From the NCBI RefSeq assembly GCF_964355755.1, contig NC_092673.1:13922948-13986947 (forward strand): a stretch of 64,000 nt of DNA, given 5' to 3'. Both the position numbers and the translations under genes were made by a program. Of the stretch, positions 1 through 13,450 are shown one piece after another. The first letter of the stretch is position 1. The number at the start of each line of letters is the position of its first letter. This DNA is from Antedon mediterranea (taxonomy: Eukaryota; Animalia; Echinodermata). The notes under the pieces were generated by a model. The model ran no database searches. It was not told where the DNA came from and saw only the letters and a program-made list of their open reading frames with translations.

Positions 1-2543
1 TAAAAAGACTCTATCCAGACAGATTTGAAGGCATTGGCAAGTTTGAGGGTACGTACAAAATAGTTATAGACGAAACGGTACCACCTGTCATACACGCACC
101 AAGGTCATGTCCATTAGCGATAAAAAATGACATAAAGGCTGAATTGGATGAAATGATGAGATTAAATGTCATACAGAAAGTAGAGAAACCAGTGGATTGG
201 GTTTCAAGTTTGGCCTACTCACAGAAACCAAATGGGAGATGGCGGATATGTTTAGATCCTAAGGACTTAAATAAAGCTATAAAACGCACATACCATCACA
301 CACCAACCCTAGATGAGATAACACATAAATTTAGTGGGGCAAAGTTTTTCTCTAAACTAGATGCACGACATGGATATTGGTCCATAAGACTTGACAAAGA
401 ATCCAGTTATCTTACCACATTTAACACTCCAGGGTTTGGAAGATTCAGATTCCTAAGATTACCATTTGGACTGAATGTCAGCCAAGACGTTTTTCAACAT
501 AAGATGGATCAAATATTGGAGAAATGCATCGGAGCCACAGGCATCGCAGATGACGTTGCTGTATTTGGGAAAACAGAAGAAGAACATGATCGAAACTTAA
601 TGGACCTGATGGAAACCGCTAGAGAATATGGGCTTGTATTCAATGCAGAGAAATGTGAAATAAAGCGACCGCAAATAAATTTCTTTGTTAAAGAGTTACA
701 AAGTTTCCTAGGCATCGCCACGTATACGAGTCCCTTCTGTCCCAAGCTGTCAGACAAAACAGCACCCCTCCGAGAACTTCTGAAAAAAGATAATGTATTT
801 GAATGGAATGGCTCACAACAAAAAGCATTCGAAGAGATAAAGTCAACAATATGTAACCAGACAACACTGACCTATTTCCAACCTAACAAAAAGTTGAAAC
901 TACAAGTGGATGCATCCCTGATTGGAGTGGGAGCAGCACTCATACAAGACGAAAAAGTTGTTGCGTTTACATCAAAGGCATTAACAGAAGCGGAACAAAG
1001 ATATGCGAACATTGAAAGAGAACTACTGGCGGTAGTGTACGCAGTAGAGAAGTTCCACACATATGTGTATGGAAACTCATTCATTGTGGAATTGGACCAC
1101 AAACCGTTAGAGATGATCCAACTAAAAAATCTAATGAGTGTACCACAAAGACTACAAAGACTACTAATGAGACTACAAGGATATGATCTGACAATCAAGT
1201 ATAAACCAGGCAAAGAAATGGTCCTGCCAGATGCCATGTCTAGATTAAACCCTATAAATGACAGCCAAATTGAAGAAGAAGTAAAGATACAACTGTCATA
1301 TTTCTCAGAGTCCAAAGAAGAAGAAATAAGGCAGAAGACCAAGGAAGACCCAACTCTCATAAAATTGGGAAGTATAATACAGCAAGGCTGGCCAGACAAA
1401 CTAAAATCTGTACATAAGACAATAAGACCATACTTCCCATACAGGGATGAACTCACACAACAGAGAACGGAATAATACTAAAGGGTAACAGAGTAGTGAT
1501 CCCAGATGTCATGAGACAGGACATCCTAAAACAACTACACACATCCCACTTAGGCATAACCAAGTGTCAACTGATGGCTAAAACATCAATCCATTGGCCC
1601 AGTATTAATGAGGAAATAGAAAACATGATAAAAGCATGCCCATCATGCCAACAACACAAACACAAACAACAACATGAAGAGAAAAATCCCTACCAAAGAA
1701 TGGGAAATACTCGCAGCTGACCTATTCTACATAAATAGAGTAGAATACCTCCTAATAGCAGATTATTACACCAAATATCCAATCATAAGAAAAATACCGG
1801 CAGACCAATCAAACAGTGAAACAGTTATATCGATAATAAAAAATGTCTTCTCAGAGTTTGGGATGGTTCAAGAATTGATTACCGACAACGGACCACACTT
1901 CAACAGTGAACAATTCAAACAGTTTAGGAAAGATTGGAAATTCATACACACAACCACAAGTCCTCACCACCATGAAGGAAATGGATTCATCGAACGAATG
2001 GTTCAAACAGTAAAGTCAACCATCATCAAAGCTCAGCACAACAACACAGATGTTGATAAAGCTTTACTATACATGCGAGCAACTCCAGTCGACTCAAAAC
2101 TTGCCTCACCCGGAATGATGATATTTCACAGAGGACTAAAAACAGAACTTCCAACAAACAATGAAAAAATGCCAACCAGAAAAGAAATAAGAAATCGACT
2201 AAAAAACCGACAAGACAAACAGAAGCAATATCATGATGAAAATACAAAACCACTTCAACCAATAAAGAGAGGAGAAAGCGTGAGAATCAGACACTCTGAC
2301 AAAAACCCACAGTGGATCCCAGCGAAGATACTAAACAAAACAAGTCCACATTCGTACAGAGTACTGACAGAAAACCAGAAAACACTAAGAAGAAACCGAA
2401 CACACATCCGCAAAACAAACGAACACTTTACACACATAATACTAGAAACACCACTTACTCATTACAAGACTATAGAACACAAACCATCATCATGCTCTAG
2501 CAGTGGCAGAAAAATTAAGAAACCAAATAGATTAGATTTGTAA
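1..2543 (+). pseudogene. pol: Ty3/Gypsy pol (RT-RNase H-integrase), starts before the window, frameshifted
   Basis: ORFs 144-1475, 1496-1720 and 1674-2543 give RT (RICLDP, KLDARHGYW, PFGL, IADD), RNase H (VDAS, ERELLA, DHKPL), integrase zinc-binding (HLG..CPSC) and core (TDNGPHF, ERMVQT). There are frameshifts near 1460 and 1675 and an apparent in-frame deletion at 686/687 (INFF|VKELQSFLG). Confidence 0.93.
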
Positions 2544-2646
2544 ATAAAACTTATAATTGTTTTATTATGATTGTAATATGATTGATAAATGAGACCCACA
2601 GTTTAATTATATTTGTACACCATTATGAGTAATTAAAGAAGAGGGA

Positions 2647-2841
2647 TGTTATATGATGGCACCATATATTATGATGTCGCCCTCTATAGTATGTAGGATA
2701 CCCATAAGGGAACAGACCTCTAAAACATGGCTTCAGTATAGAAGACCTCACGAATGATTGTGATAACAATGATGTCGAATAACTAAAGAATAAAAGCATT
2801 GTGTTACTAGAAACGTCTCTCATGTATTAAAGAATATTACA
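2647..2841 (+). repeat. 3' LTR of Gypsy element 1 (~195 bp)
   Basis: Preceded by PPT AAAGAAGAGGGA (2635-2646). Termini TGTTATAT...ATATTACA form a 7/8 inverted match, and there is an internal AATAAA. Confidence 0.75.
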
Positions 2842-3127
2842 CTATGAAAAGAATCGTCGTTTGTACGCGCTCGGATCTATCTATCTCGGCATGCTCAAGT
2901 GATGAAGTGAAGCGGCTATATTGTTCCATTTCAGGCCCAGCTAGAAAACTTATTTACTGAAAACCGGAATCTGAGTTTTTTTCGCCTAATTTATTCTTGA
3001 TTTTATCTGAGACAAACTTGATTCATCAGATACTGTACTTTTTTAATTTTGGATATTATAGAAGACTTCATTATGTTTCAATTATGTTTTAAATGCCCTT
3101 TTGTTCTAAGCATTTCGTTTATATGTC

Positions 3128-3612
3128 TTGTTCTATGTTTTTTTGTTTTTTTGGTTTATACAAATAAGCACAAATATATATAGCTGGCTGTGCATTGACT
3201 GCACAACCATTTTGTTTCCATTTAATATGATTTTAGATGACAATGCATTTAAACAAGAAATAAAACACTTCTTTGACCACAATGTTAATCTAAACAGTTT
3301 GCAGCCTTTAACCTTAGATCCTTTTTGTATTTCTTTAAACAATATACTTAATGATGACTCTTTACTTTTAGATAACAATGATCCGTGTAATTATAACCTT
3401 ATTGATGCTTTTAATTCAAAAATCACAAATATGTCTTCCTCATTTAGCATTTTTAATATGAATTCTCGCAGCCTTGTTAATCATTTTAATGATATAACTG
3501 ACTTTATTAGTACCTTAAAACATAATTTTTCTGCAATCTGTTTCACTGAAACCTTTTTTAATAATAACAAAACTTGTTTTTCTTTTTACAATATTCCAGG
3601 TTATACTTACCC
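3128..3612 (+). pseudogene. Non-LTR retrotransposon (CR1/L2-like) ORF2 N-terminus, APE endonuclease start, truncated
   Basis: FSIFNMNSRSL...AICFTETF...IPGYT match the first APE endonuclease motifs; the sequence switches abruptly to Gypsy gag near 3615. Confidence 0.75.
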
Positions 3613-3619
3613 GAGTCAT

Positions 3620-4155
3620 CATTAGTTACCTTCAATTCAAACGTATCCAATGAGGAAGGGGCACCACTGATGTATGATGATCAATTGTTGAGAAGCACGT
3701 TCCTCCAAACACTGCAGACAGGTCTTAGAGGAAACTTGCGCATTGAGATGAGAGAGCACCTTCAGGAACCCAATATCTCAGATGAAGACCTCCTTGAGAG
3801 ACTAGCCAGAGTGGAAAACCTCGAAGATAAACGGAAACAGAAACAATGTACATCAAATACTGTAAAGGTTGCCAGTGCAACCGTTACCACATCTTCACCC
3901 AGTGATGAAATCAAGATGCTGGTAGAAGGTTTGAAGACACTACAGGCAAGTGTTTCCGCTTTACAGGGAGTTGTACAACACACAAACAAAGGTAGACGGA
4001 AGTCAAGAGGAAGAGGATGTAACAGTTGCAAGCAGGACGGTAAGGGAGATGATTGTAGGCATTGTTACAAGTGTGGAGGTGACAACCATTTCGCTAGGGC
4101 TTGCACCACCAACCAGGGAAACGGACCCCGATCATCCCAACGGGACTTGGAATGA
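3620..4155 (+). pseudogene. gag: Gypsy element 2 gag C-terminus with zinc knuckle
   Basis: CYKCGGDNHFARAC (CCHC) preceded by an extra CxxC...C cluster; the 5' part of gag and the 5' LTR are missing. Confidence 0.85.
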
Positions 4156-4344
4156 TCGTAGAAAAACCCAACATGTCCCCTAACTTCAAGAAGCGTGAGA
4201 TAGAGGTGTCCAAAGGTGATCACATGTACCAAGGCCAGTCTGGGATTGATCACTCGAAAGGAAGTCACAGTAAACAGTCGAAGTTTGATCCAGAAAAGAA
4301 GCACCAAATTAGCCACCTCACACCTGGGCAACACCTAAGATTAG

Positions 4345-7300
4345 GTTCTATGGGACACAGGTTCTCAAGTGTCGATAGTGTCTCAGACATGGTGGAAGAC
4401 AAATTGCCAAGGTGAACCGCTGAGGAATTTAAGGGAGCTTTTGCAATCAGATCTTAAACTTACTGCTGCAAATGGTACTGATATACCTTATATAGGATGG
4501 CTTTCTCTGAAATTTCAACTTTTATCTACTAATAATAATGATCCCTCAACATTTTCTACTTTAGTACCAGTCTTAGTAACAGCTGATGAACTTCAACAAC
4601 CAATCATTGGCTACAACGTAATCAAGGAAATTGTACGAATTGAGCAACCAGAACTTGTTAGGACAGTAAAAACATCATTTTCAAAATGTAATAACATCAA
4701 AGCTCAGAAGTTAATTTCAATGATGCGAAATTCCGATCCTACAGATTTTTGTAATATATATTCAGGAAATTTGGTACATGAGGTCCCAGCGAAACAGACA
4801 ACGTTCATACGAGTTAGAGCTATCACTGGTCCTATCCAGGAGAAGATGATGGTGATAATTGAACCATTACTTGAACCACATCTCCCCGATGGATTAGAAG
4901 TCAACGAAAATGTAGTAGAGCTAACATGCCGTCCCTGTAATGATATCAGAGTCTCAGTTACCAACAAAACGGACCAAAATTTGATAATTCCCAAGAAGAC
5001 CTTATTGGGGAAGTTACAACTTGTGAGAGCTATCTATCGAGGTGTGTTCGAAGCTGGAAGCGATGAAGTTGTGCCAACAGTAGGGGTACAGACGGCCAGA
5101 GTAGATGTGACGCCAGAAATCAATACTAGAAACTGGAAGTCTCAACTTCTAAGTTGCGATCAACAGCATATAGTAAATCAGATGCTTGACGAAGAATCCA
5201 ATAGTTTCTCCCACGGTGAGCAAGACATGGGTTCGATACCAAGCCTACAAATGAAGATTAACTTACTCGATAACATCCCAGTCCAGAAGACGTATCAGTC
5301 CATACCAAGACATCTTTTTCAGGAAGTCAAAGACTACCTTACTGATTTAATTGATCGAGGGTGGATCGTCAAATCCGAATCTCCATATGCATCACCCGTC
5401 GTGTGCGTTCGTAAGAAGGATGGAGGACTTAGGTTATGCATTGATTATCGGGAGTTAAACCGCAAGACGATCCCTGATTGCCAACCTATTCCCCGAATTC
5501 AAGACGTTCTCGACAGCCTTGGTGGAAACCGCTGGTTTAGTACCCTTGATCAAGGAAAGGCGTACCATCAAGGATATACGACAACCGATAGCAGACCACT
5601 CACCGCTTTTGTAACACCTTGGGGTCTTCATGAATGGGTCCGAATACCTTTTGGACTCAAGAATGCCCCAGCTGCATACCAACGATGCATGGAAGACGCA
5701 TTAGAAGGTCTAAACCACCAAATCTGTGAGGTCTACCTAGACGATATTATTGTTTATGGGAAGACATTCGAAGAACATCAAATCAACCTACAGAAAGTAC
5801 TAAAACGTATACAAGAAAAAGGAATGAAATTGAAACCTGCCAAATGCAAACTGTTTCAATCTGAAGTGAAGTACTTGGGGAAAATCATTAGCCACGAAGG
5901 CTACCGGCCTGACCCTCGAGACACCGAAGCATTATACACCTTGAAGTCCAACATTCCTCAGACTGTAGGGGAAGTAAGAAAACTGCTAGGATTTACGGGA
6001 TATTACCGTCGGTATCTTAGGGACTACTCCAAGCGAGCCAAACCATTATTTGTGCTGCTAACTCAAGCTGGTACTACTACAAAGAATAACCAATCAACCA
6101 ATAAAAAGAACCAGAGAAAGAAACAGAAGAAACACAGTAATAGAAAGGACAACGGACAAGTTCCATCTTCAACTCCAATAACATGGCTCCCAGAGTACCA
6201 ACAAATAGTTGATTCATTCATTGACGAGTTAAGCCGAGCTCCGATTATGGCGTTTCCTGATTTTGAGAGACCGTTTGAGCTGCATACAGATGCCTCACAA
6301 GATGGACTTGGTGCGGTCTTATATCAACGCCAAGATGGAGTACTACGAGTCATAGGATACGGATCTCGTTCCCTTACACCAGCGGAAAAGAATTATCACC
6401 TTCACTCAGGCAAGCTGGAATTTCTAGCTCTGAAGTGGGCCATAACTAGTCACTTCAGAGATTACCTATCCTTTGCAAAGTCATTTACCGTTTATACGGA
6501 CAACAATCCTCTAACTTACATACTAACCACTGCCAAATTGAATGCCGTAGGTCATAGATGGGTTGCAGAACTTGGAGACTTTAATTTTACCATTAAATAC
6601 AGGCCAGGTCGCAACAACGAAGATGCAGATTTACTATCAAGAATTCCGATGTCACCCAGTGAATTTGATCAATGTACTGAAGAAATTTCACCATTGGTAA
6701 TGGATGCTGCTGTTCAAGGTATTGCAATACAACAAACAGCTGACTTTGCTTACATCAATCATATCGTTACTGATCATGTGCATATACAAGACTAACCATT
6801 TGGCATCACACCGAACCTATCTACATTATCAATTGCGGAAGTACGTTTGGCTCAAGAAGATGACCCTGCCCTTGCAAGATTCCGAGAATACAAAACCAAA
6901 GGTAGATGGCCCACTAGAGCCGAGCGCACCAATGAGATTCCTGAAACCAGGACCCTGATGCGGGAGTGGAGTAAAATCCATCTTGATAAAGATGGTATTC
7001 TTCGCCGGACGACGAAGACTAGGACACAACTATTGATCCCGAAAAGCCTTCGTCCGATGATACTCAAATCGCTACATAATGAGATGGGACATCTTGGCAC
7101 TGAGAGGGTACTTATACTAATCCGAGAGAGGTTCTACTGGCCTCACATGGAAACTAACATCAACCATTATATAAAACAAGAATGTAGTTGTGTGAAAGAC
7201 AAGAAGCTATCCAAAATTACACGTGCACCTCTGGTAAACATCAAGACATCGGAACCATTTGAACTTGTCTCCATAGATTTCCTTCACCTTGACAAATGTA

Positions 7301-8743
7301 AAGGAGGATATGAGTACATCCTCTTAGTGATGGATCATTTTACAAGATTCGCTCAGGCTTATCCAACCACCAACAAGTCGGGCAAGACAGTTGCTGACAG
7401 GATTTTCAACGACTTTGTTCTGAAGTTCGGTTATCCACGCAGACTACATCATGACCAGGGTCGTGAATTTGAAAACTCTCTATTTCGACGCCTTGAACAA
7501 CTCAGTGAAGTCAGGGGTTCCCGAACTACACCATATCACCCTCAGGGGAATGGACAGGTCGAGAGGTTCAACCGAACCCTGTTGTCAATGCTCCGCACTT
7601 TAACTACAGAGCAGAAGCATGACTGGAAACAACATCTCAACAAGGTTGTTCATGCCTACAATGTTACTCGACATGAAAGCACAGGTTATTCACCTCATTA
7701 CTTATTGTATGGGCGGTCACCCCGACTGCCAATTGATCTTGCATTTGGATTATCCCCAGATGGTGATGCCGCTGCAAGTGAACACCATGAATATGCCAAG
7801 AACTGGAAAATGAGGATGGAAGAAGCATACGCTTTAGCTAGATCGAATATGCAGAAATAGGAGAAAGAAGTAAACACCGACATGACCAACAACGGCCAAT
7901 CAGTACATCATTATCACCAGGTGATAGAGTCCTGATCAAGAACTGTGTTCCACCAGGTGGTCCTGGGAAACTTCAATATACATAGTGGTGGCGCAAAAAC
8001 AGGAGTTGCCAGTGTATGAAGTTCGCCCAGAAAACGGTAATGGTAGAGTACGGACTCTACATAGGAATTTACTTTGTCCCTGTGACGCTTTAGTACCAGA
8101 TACTCAAAATGTTGCATCGAAAAAGAAGACAAAGATAACTCCAGAACAACGATTACCTAGTGATTCGACGGAGAAGGTTACACCACAACCTGAGACAGAT
8201 TCAGTAGGTTCGGATGAAGAAGATGAAGTATATTTACAATATCCCCTATTAACCAATCCAGAACCACAATATGCATGTACCAGTAATGATTCATTGGTAC
8301 AAGTTGAACCATATGCCACCCCACCAACAGCAGAGGATTCTACAGTGGATGAAAAGCACATGGAGGCAGCCGGCGACACACAACATGCTGATATGGATGA
8401 ACCAGTTAGTTCAAATGAACAGGTACCAGCAGCAGAGATTGGACGACCAGTTCGTCATCGCCAACCTCCTACTTTGTTTGGCTACCACAACTTGGGCACA
8501 CCAGCACCACTACAAAATCCATATTGGGACAACCACTACCGGAATGGACCTATCCAATTTTATCCACAACCAACTCAATATGCAACTCAACAACCAATCT
8601 GTACAGAATTTCATCCTACCAGACAATGGATACCACCTACTGTACCAGGCCAATATCCAATGTTTCACAGAAAGTGTTGGGTAACAAATAAATCCACTTT
8701 CTTTTACAATCAATGTTCAATTGTTCAATTCAAGTGTTTGTGA
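4345..8743 (+). pseudogene. pol: Gypsy element 2 pol (protease-RT-RNase H-integrase), disrupted
   Basis: Protease LWDTGS at 4348-4365, in frame with ORF 4369. RT ([13 protein letters not shown]), RNase H (TDAS, KLEFLAL, TDNNPL), integrase (GHLG, DQGREF, VERFN). In-frame stops at 4342, 6793 and 7858, plus later frameshifts. Confidence 0.93.
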
Positions 8744-9107
8744 TTGAGTACTACAAAGAGATGGTTGATAATGTACCATGAGCAACAGGTAACTATTCAG
8801 GCTGTGCATAAACATTGAGATGGTATCTACGGGGAATCACAAACTGGAACCAACCTGGTAATGACAGTGCATTGTGTACAGTTGTCGACAGATAACATGG
8901 ACCAGCTCTTCTATGGATGTATCGTTATTGGACGACGCATGGGTATGTCGCATGCATGCAACCCTTGCACATCCCTCTTGGACACCATGGAATGAGGTAG
9001 TATCAGTAGCAATTATCACTTAGATAAACTGTAAATAATTGAAATTTAATAAATATGTGTATTCGTTTGTGGATGTTGGGGACGACATCACATTTGTGGG
9101 GGGAGTA

Positions 9108-9500
9108 TGTTACCTGCACAGAAAAGTAGGCCCCTATTAAATTTCAAGATCCAATGACCTGTGGAAAGTCACATGACCAGTTTGAGGTTGTTGCCTCTGG
9201 CATTGAGCTCATCATTATTAAAGTGCTCGATCCAGAGTTAACAACTTCTAACTGAGGTCTATGTAATTCTTTCGCAGGTAAGTTTATGATATATTATAAT
9301 TATGACAATTTGTTATGTTATGTTTCATAAGGATACTGAGTTATTTCTCCAGTACCCAGATTGAAATTATTAAGTAAGAAACTGAGAGGATAAACAGAGC
9401 GAATACTGTGATCAGATGATTAAGTACAGGATAGAGATAATAGCTAAATGTTTATACTTTCATTTTATGTCAATATAATGTAACGAATTATTAGGCTCAA
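9108..9500 (+). repeat. 3' LTR of Gypsy element 2 (right end not defined)
   Basis: PPT GGGGGGAG directly precedes TGTTACC at 9108; the end coordinate is approximate. Confidence 0.55.
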
Positions 9501-9719
9501 TAGCTATTAGAGGCCCTGTTAACAAAAAGAGTATATACAATGTATAAGGTTAATGACCTTGCCATTAATTGCTGTGGTATGTAAAATCTACCTATGGTTT
9601 TCTGTTTATACGTTTATTAATATGGATGATATTTCCGAAATAAAAAGAAATTGAATTGAATTGAATAAATGCCACCATGACAACTGATGATGTCATAGCG
9701 GCTACACAATCTTTAACCG

Positions 9720-10566
9720 ACTAACAAAGTACCGGCTATTGACGAATCATTTTATTCCACCCTGTAATTTTAAGTTTCCTGCGCGATTTTTACCTCAATG
9801 CATCAATGTATACACGCCAAACTCAACGCCGCCTATTTTTACAAGATCGACGAGAAGGCCATGGCTCATCAACATACAAATTATCATCGCAACTCTACGA
9901 TCGCTGCAGATACTTTTAAATGTTCGATCGAAAAGCCAGATGAAAATAACATCGACATCCGTTTCAACGAAGAAAAGAAGGCTAACATCATTCGAAACAG
10001 ATATATTATTAAATCTGTTTCCGAAGCAATCATCTTCTGTGGTCGCCAATGTATTGCTCTGCGAGGAGACGTGGAGGAGTTTTACAAGGAAGATATTGCC
10101 ACTCATGGGAACACTGGCAATTTTTTGACCGCACTGCAGATGGTTGGCAAGCACTATATAGACATATGAATAATATTATTCTTGCCGACATTGTTAAAGA
10201 AATCAAGGACGCAGGCTGCTTTAGTAATGGCAGATGAAGTAACAAGCCATAATAACGAACAACTGGCTTTATGTGCTCGTTTTGTGGATCAGCATATAAC
10301 GTTAGAGAAGAGTTTTTAGCTTTCTTGCACCTTCCTAGAATTACTGGCGAATGTATAGCCAATTTGATTGTGACGACCATTGAAGATTTTGGACTTGACA
10401 TAACCAATATCAGAGGTCAAGGTTATGATGGAGCATCCAATATGTACGAGATCGTTCTCCGAAAGCTGTCTATGTCCACTGCAATGGACATTGCTTGAAC
10501 CTTGTTATTGCACATTGTTGCACGCTTCCAAGCATAAGGAATACCTTGGACAAATTAAAGAAGTGT
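9720..10566 (+). pseudogene. hAT transposase remnant (ZMYM1/DUF4371-like)
   Basis: FCGRQCIALRG, DEVT..NEQL..RFV, EEFLAF, RGQGYDGASNM and YVHCNGHCLNL are spread across several frames. Confidence 0.85.
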
Positions 10567-10848
10567 TGTAGTATATGCACGCGCACATTGTGTACCCCGC
10601 TTGATGTGCATATGCTCTTACTATTAGGTTATCCCACGAACGATCCATACTTGTTGTTTATTACTAATACTAGTTGTTTCATTATACCCATTGTTATATA
10701 TACTCATCTCTACGTGTCACGAACCTACGGTACAACGATACACGTCAAGTGTAGTCTCTTTTTTCTCGCAAGTCTAAAACGTTAGGTGAGATTAAGTAGA
10801 ATAGGATATGAAATTATTTTAAACATAACATATTATTATTATGAATAA

Positions 10849-11217
10849 TTAAACTGCTATGCCAAAACAAGCATCCCTTTGCCATGGAACTTCACCCGCT
10901 GGTGACATAAAGTACTCTTTGAATGTGTGCCTGATTGCTATTGCGTCATTTGAGGCACGATTCTGTATGACTTTATGATGTGCAGACCTTTGAGCATCTT
11001 ATGTTGCTGTATTTGTATCCGCCTTTGGTAGACACGCCACCTTGCTGCCAAAATGCCAAATGCATTTTCCACTATCCTCCGGGCTCTAGAAAGTCTGTAG
11101 TTGTATATTCGTTTGCTGTCATCAAGTTCGCTGCCAGGATAAGGTCTCTATTATATTTGATTTCAGTGGAAATGCCTCGTCACCAACGATGACATAGGGA
11201 ATTTTACCAAGCTCTGG
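10849..11217 (-). pseudogene. PIF/Harbinger transposase C-terminal part (not in the ORF track)
   Basis: The minus strand reads PELGKIPYVIVGDEAFPLK / RPYPG..KRIYNYRLSRARRIVENAFGILAARWR ... FKEYFMSPAGEVPWQ, with a stop at 10849-10851 and a frameshift near 11148. It continues at 19714 across the nested insertions. Confidence 0.9.
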
Positions 11218-12589
11218 TAGCCTGGGTGCAGTACAAATTTTGCGGGAAAAAAGTATAGGAAAATTTTTTTCTTTTTTTTCTGATAGAGTATACCATATAG
11301 AATGTCAGAAAAAAAATCCCCATCCCAGGGTCTTGGGGAAAATTTTTTACGGCACTTTTAAATTTTGGCCTATATAACACACACAAATGCCTATTAACAC
11401 AAACAAAATACCTATATATAGGGGATAGGCAAAACCAATTCCCGTTTTTTTTTACTTGGAGTTGTGTTATGATGATTAAAATTTGCTGAGGCTTTATACT
11501 TTAATAACTACTTCTCATAGTAGTTGATAAATCGAGTCGGTAACATCATCATGCCAGAATCCAATATGGCGTCCAATTTGGCGGAAAAAACAGGGTATTA
11601 CTAAACCCCGCAAACCCTTGCAAACCTAAAAAAAAAACTACTCATTTTTTGGGTAAAACATCATTTTTTGGTCAAAAATGATTGCTAAACCCTGCAAACC
11701 TCCAAAAAAACATAGCAAACCCCACCGAACCAACATAATAAAAGTGATTGAATCACTTGTAGTAAGCCTGTTAAGTGACCCAATCCTTCAAATTGTGATA
11801 ACATTCTGAAACTTTGCACAGTTATTCATTAGGGTGTCAAAAATATGAAATGGAAGGGTTGCACAAAATTTGGTCAGGGGAAAGCCGCCATTTTGAAATC
11901 CAAAATGGCGGCTTTCCCCTGACCCAAATTGTTCACTTTTCAGGTATATCTCTGCTAAATAGGCACCTAGAGTTCTGAATTTAGGTGCAAATTATATGGT
12001 AATGGGGTCACCAAACATATTGGTATAACTAACATTTTAATTGCATGGCGGCCATTTTGGATTTCAAAATGGCGGACTTCAAATTTTCACTTTTTAGGTA
12101 TATCTCTGCTAAAGAGGCATCTAGAGTTCTGATTTTAGGTGCAAATTATATGGTAGTGGGGTCACCAAACATACTGGTATAACTAACATTTTGATTCCAT
12201 GGCGGCCATTTTGGATTTCAAAATGGCGGACTTCAAATTTTCACTTTTCAGGTATCTCTGCTAAAAAGGTACACAGAGTTCTGATTTCAGGTGCCAATTA
12301 TATGGTAATGGGTAACCAAACATATTGGTATTTAACTGACATTTTTATTGCATGGCGGCCATTTTGAATTTCAAAATGGCGAACTCAAAATGTTTCAGTA
12401 CGGTACCTACAGTTATAATTTTCGGTACAAAATATAATATAGTATTGAGGTCAACAAACATATTAGTATAACGTCTTTGATTGCATGGCGGCCATTTTGA
12501 ATGTAGCTCAACCCGTACTGGCTTTACACTATTTGTTTATGTTCATAATTACATGCATTTAACACGGACACTTATTGTAGGTCACATTT

Positions 12590-13298
12590 TCCCTGGCAAC
12601 CACACAGCTCTGTACATCGTAAATCACTCTTTCTGCATTTACAGCATCCAAGATCACAGTTGGTGTGTCCACAGTGAGTTAAAACCTTTGTGACATCTGA
12701 AAGTTCCGGCAATGAACTCCAAGCTGGACTAAATTTGTTGCCGTCCTTCCTCTATTCCCAGTTCGCTGGGTCTTGTTCAACCCTGAATGCATCTAGACAG
12801 TCGTACCACTTCCTGGCTTCCGTTTCACGTGTTCTCTTAATGCCGCAGATGACAACATCACTGTGTACAGTCTTGACAATGCGTGGACAATTGCAGCGGC
12901 AAGTTTAACGTGAACAAACATACGTTCATCTGCCTCTTCTATGTTACATGGCATCAGCGATTGTATATTTACTGGTTTGTTACAGCTCTGTCTCCCAGAG
13001 ACCCTACAAACATTCCGTGATTTGTGCCAATGTTATATACTACTTAAGTTACAATAAATGAAAACAACTCTGATTTGTTGTCATCAAATCTAAAAAATGT
13101 GGTCCAATTGTTAGGCAAGCTCCCTCTGGCTTTAACGACCCTCCTTACACCAGAGACGCGGTTTGAACGCGTACCAGACTTTAAACTGTCGAAAAACAAA
13201 TCTAGTCGTGTCACTGATCGAAGTTGATGGTTGTATGACAATTGATGAATGTCTTCGAATCATTGGGCCTGAGCATATTGATTATTGCTGGTCCATCT
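12590..13298 (-). pseudogene. Academ XPG/Cys-rich region, left (inverted) copy with internal deletion
   Basis: LDGPAIINMLRP..KTF (across the Gypsy TSD), RLDLFFD-SLKSGTR..RG, PNNWTTF..NKSELF, EEADERMFVH. Reverse complement of ~17752-18730, lacking ~18135-18470. Confidence 0.8.
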
Positions 13299-13429
13299 TG
13301 TTATATATGCATGTTGTAACGACGCCTTTGGCGTGCCATAATTGTTCTCTCTCTCTTCTGAATAAATGTTTAGTTGTACACGCTGTGTTTAGAGCCCTTA
13401 CTTTGCATTATAATTTACTATATACAACA
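13299..13429 (+). repeat. 5' LTR (131 bp)
   Basis: TGTTATATATGC...TATACAACA; identical to the 3' LTR except for an 11-bp indel. Confidence 0.95.
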
Positions 13430-13436
13430 TAAATTT

Positions 13437-13450
13437 TGGCGACGAGGATG
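13437..13450 (+). other. Primer-binding site, likely tRNA-Ser(GCU)
   Basis: TGGCGACGAGGATG lies 7 nt after the LTR and is complementary to the metazoan tRNA-Ser(GCU) 3' end (recalled, not searched). Confidence 0.8.

Noticed and set aside
509-8713. Numerous short antisense and overlapping ORFs in Gypsy pol regions
   Set aside because: They are shadow frames of pol with no motifs.
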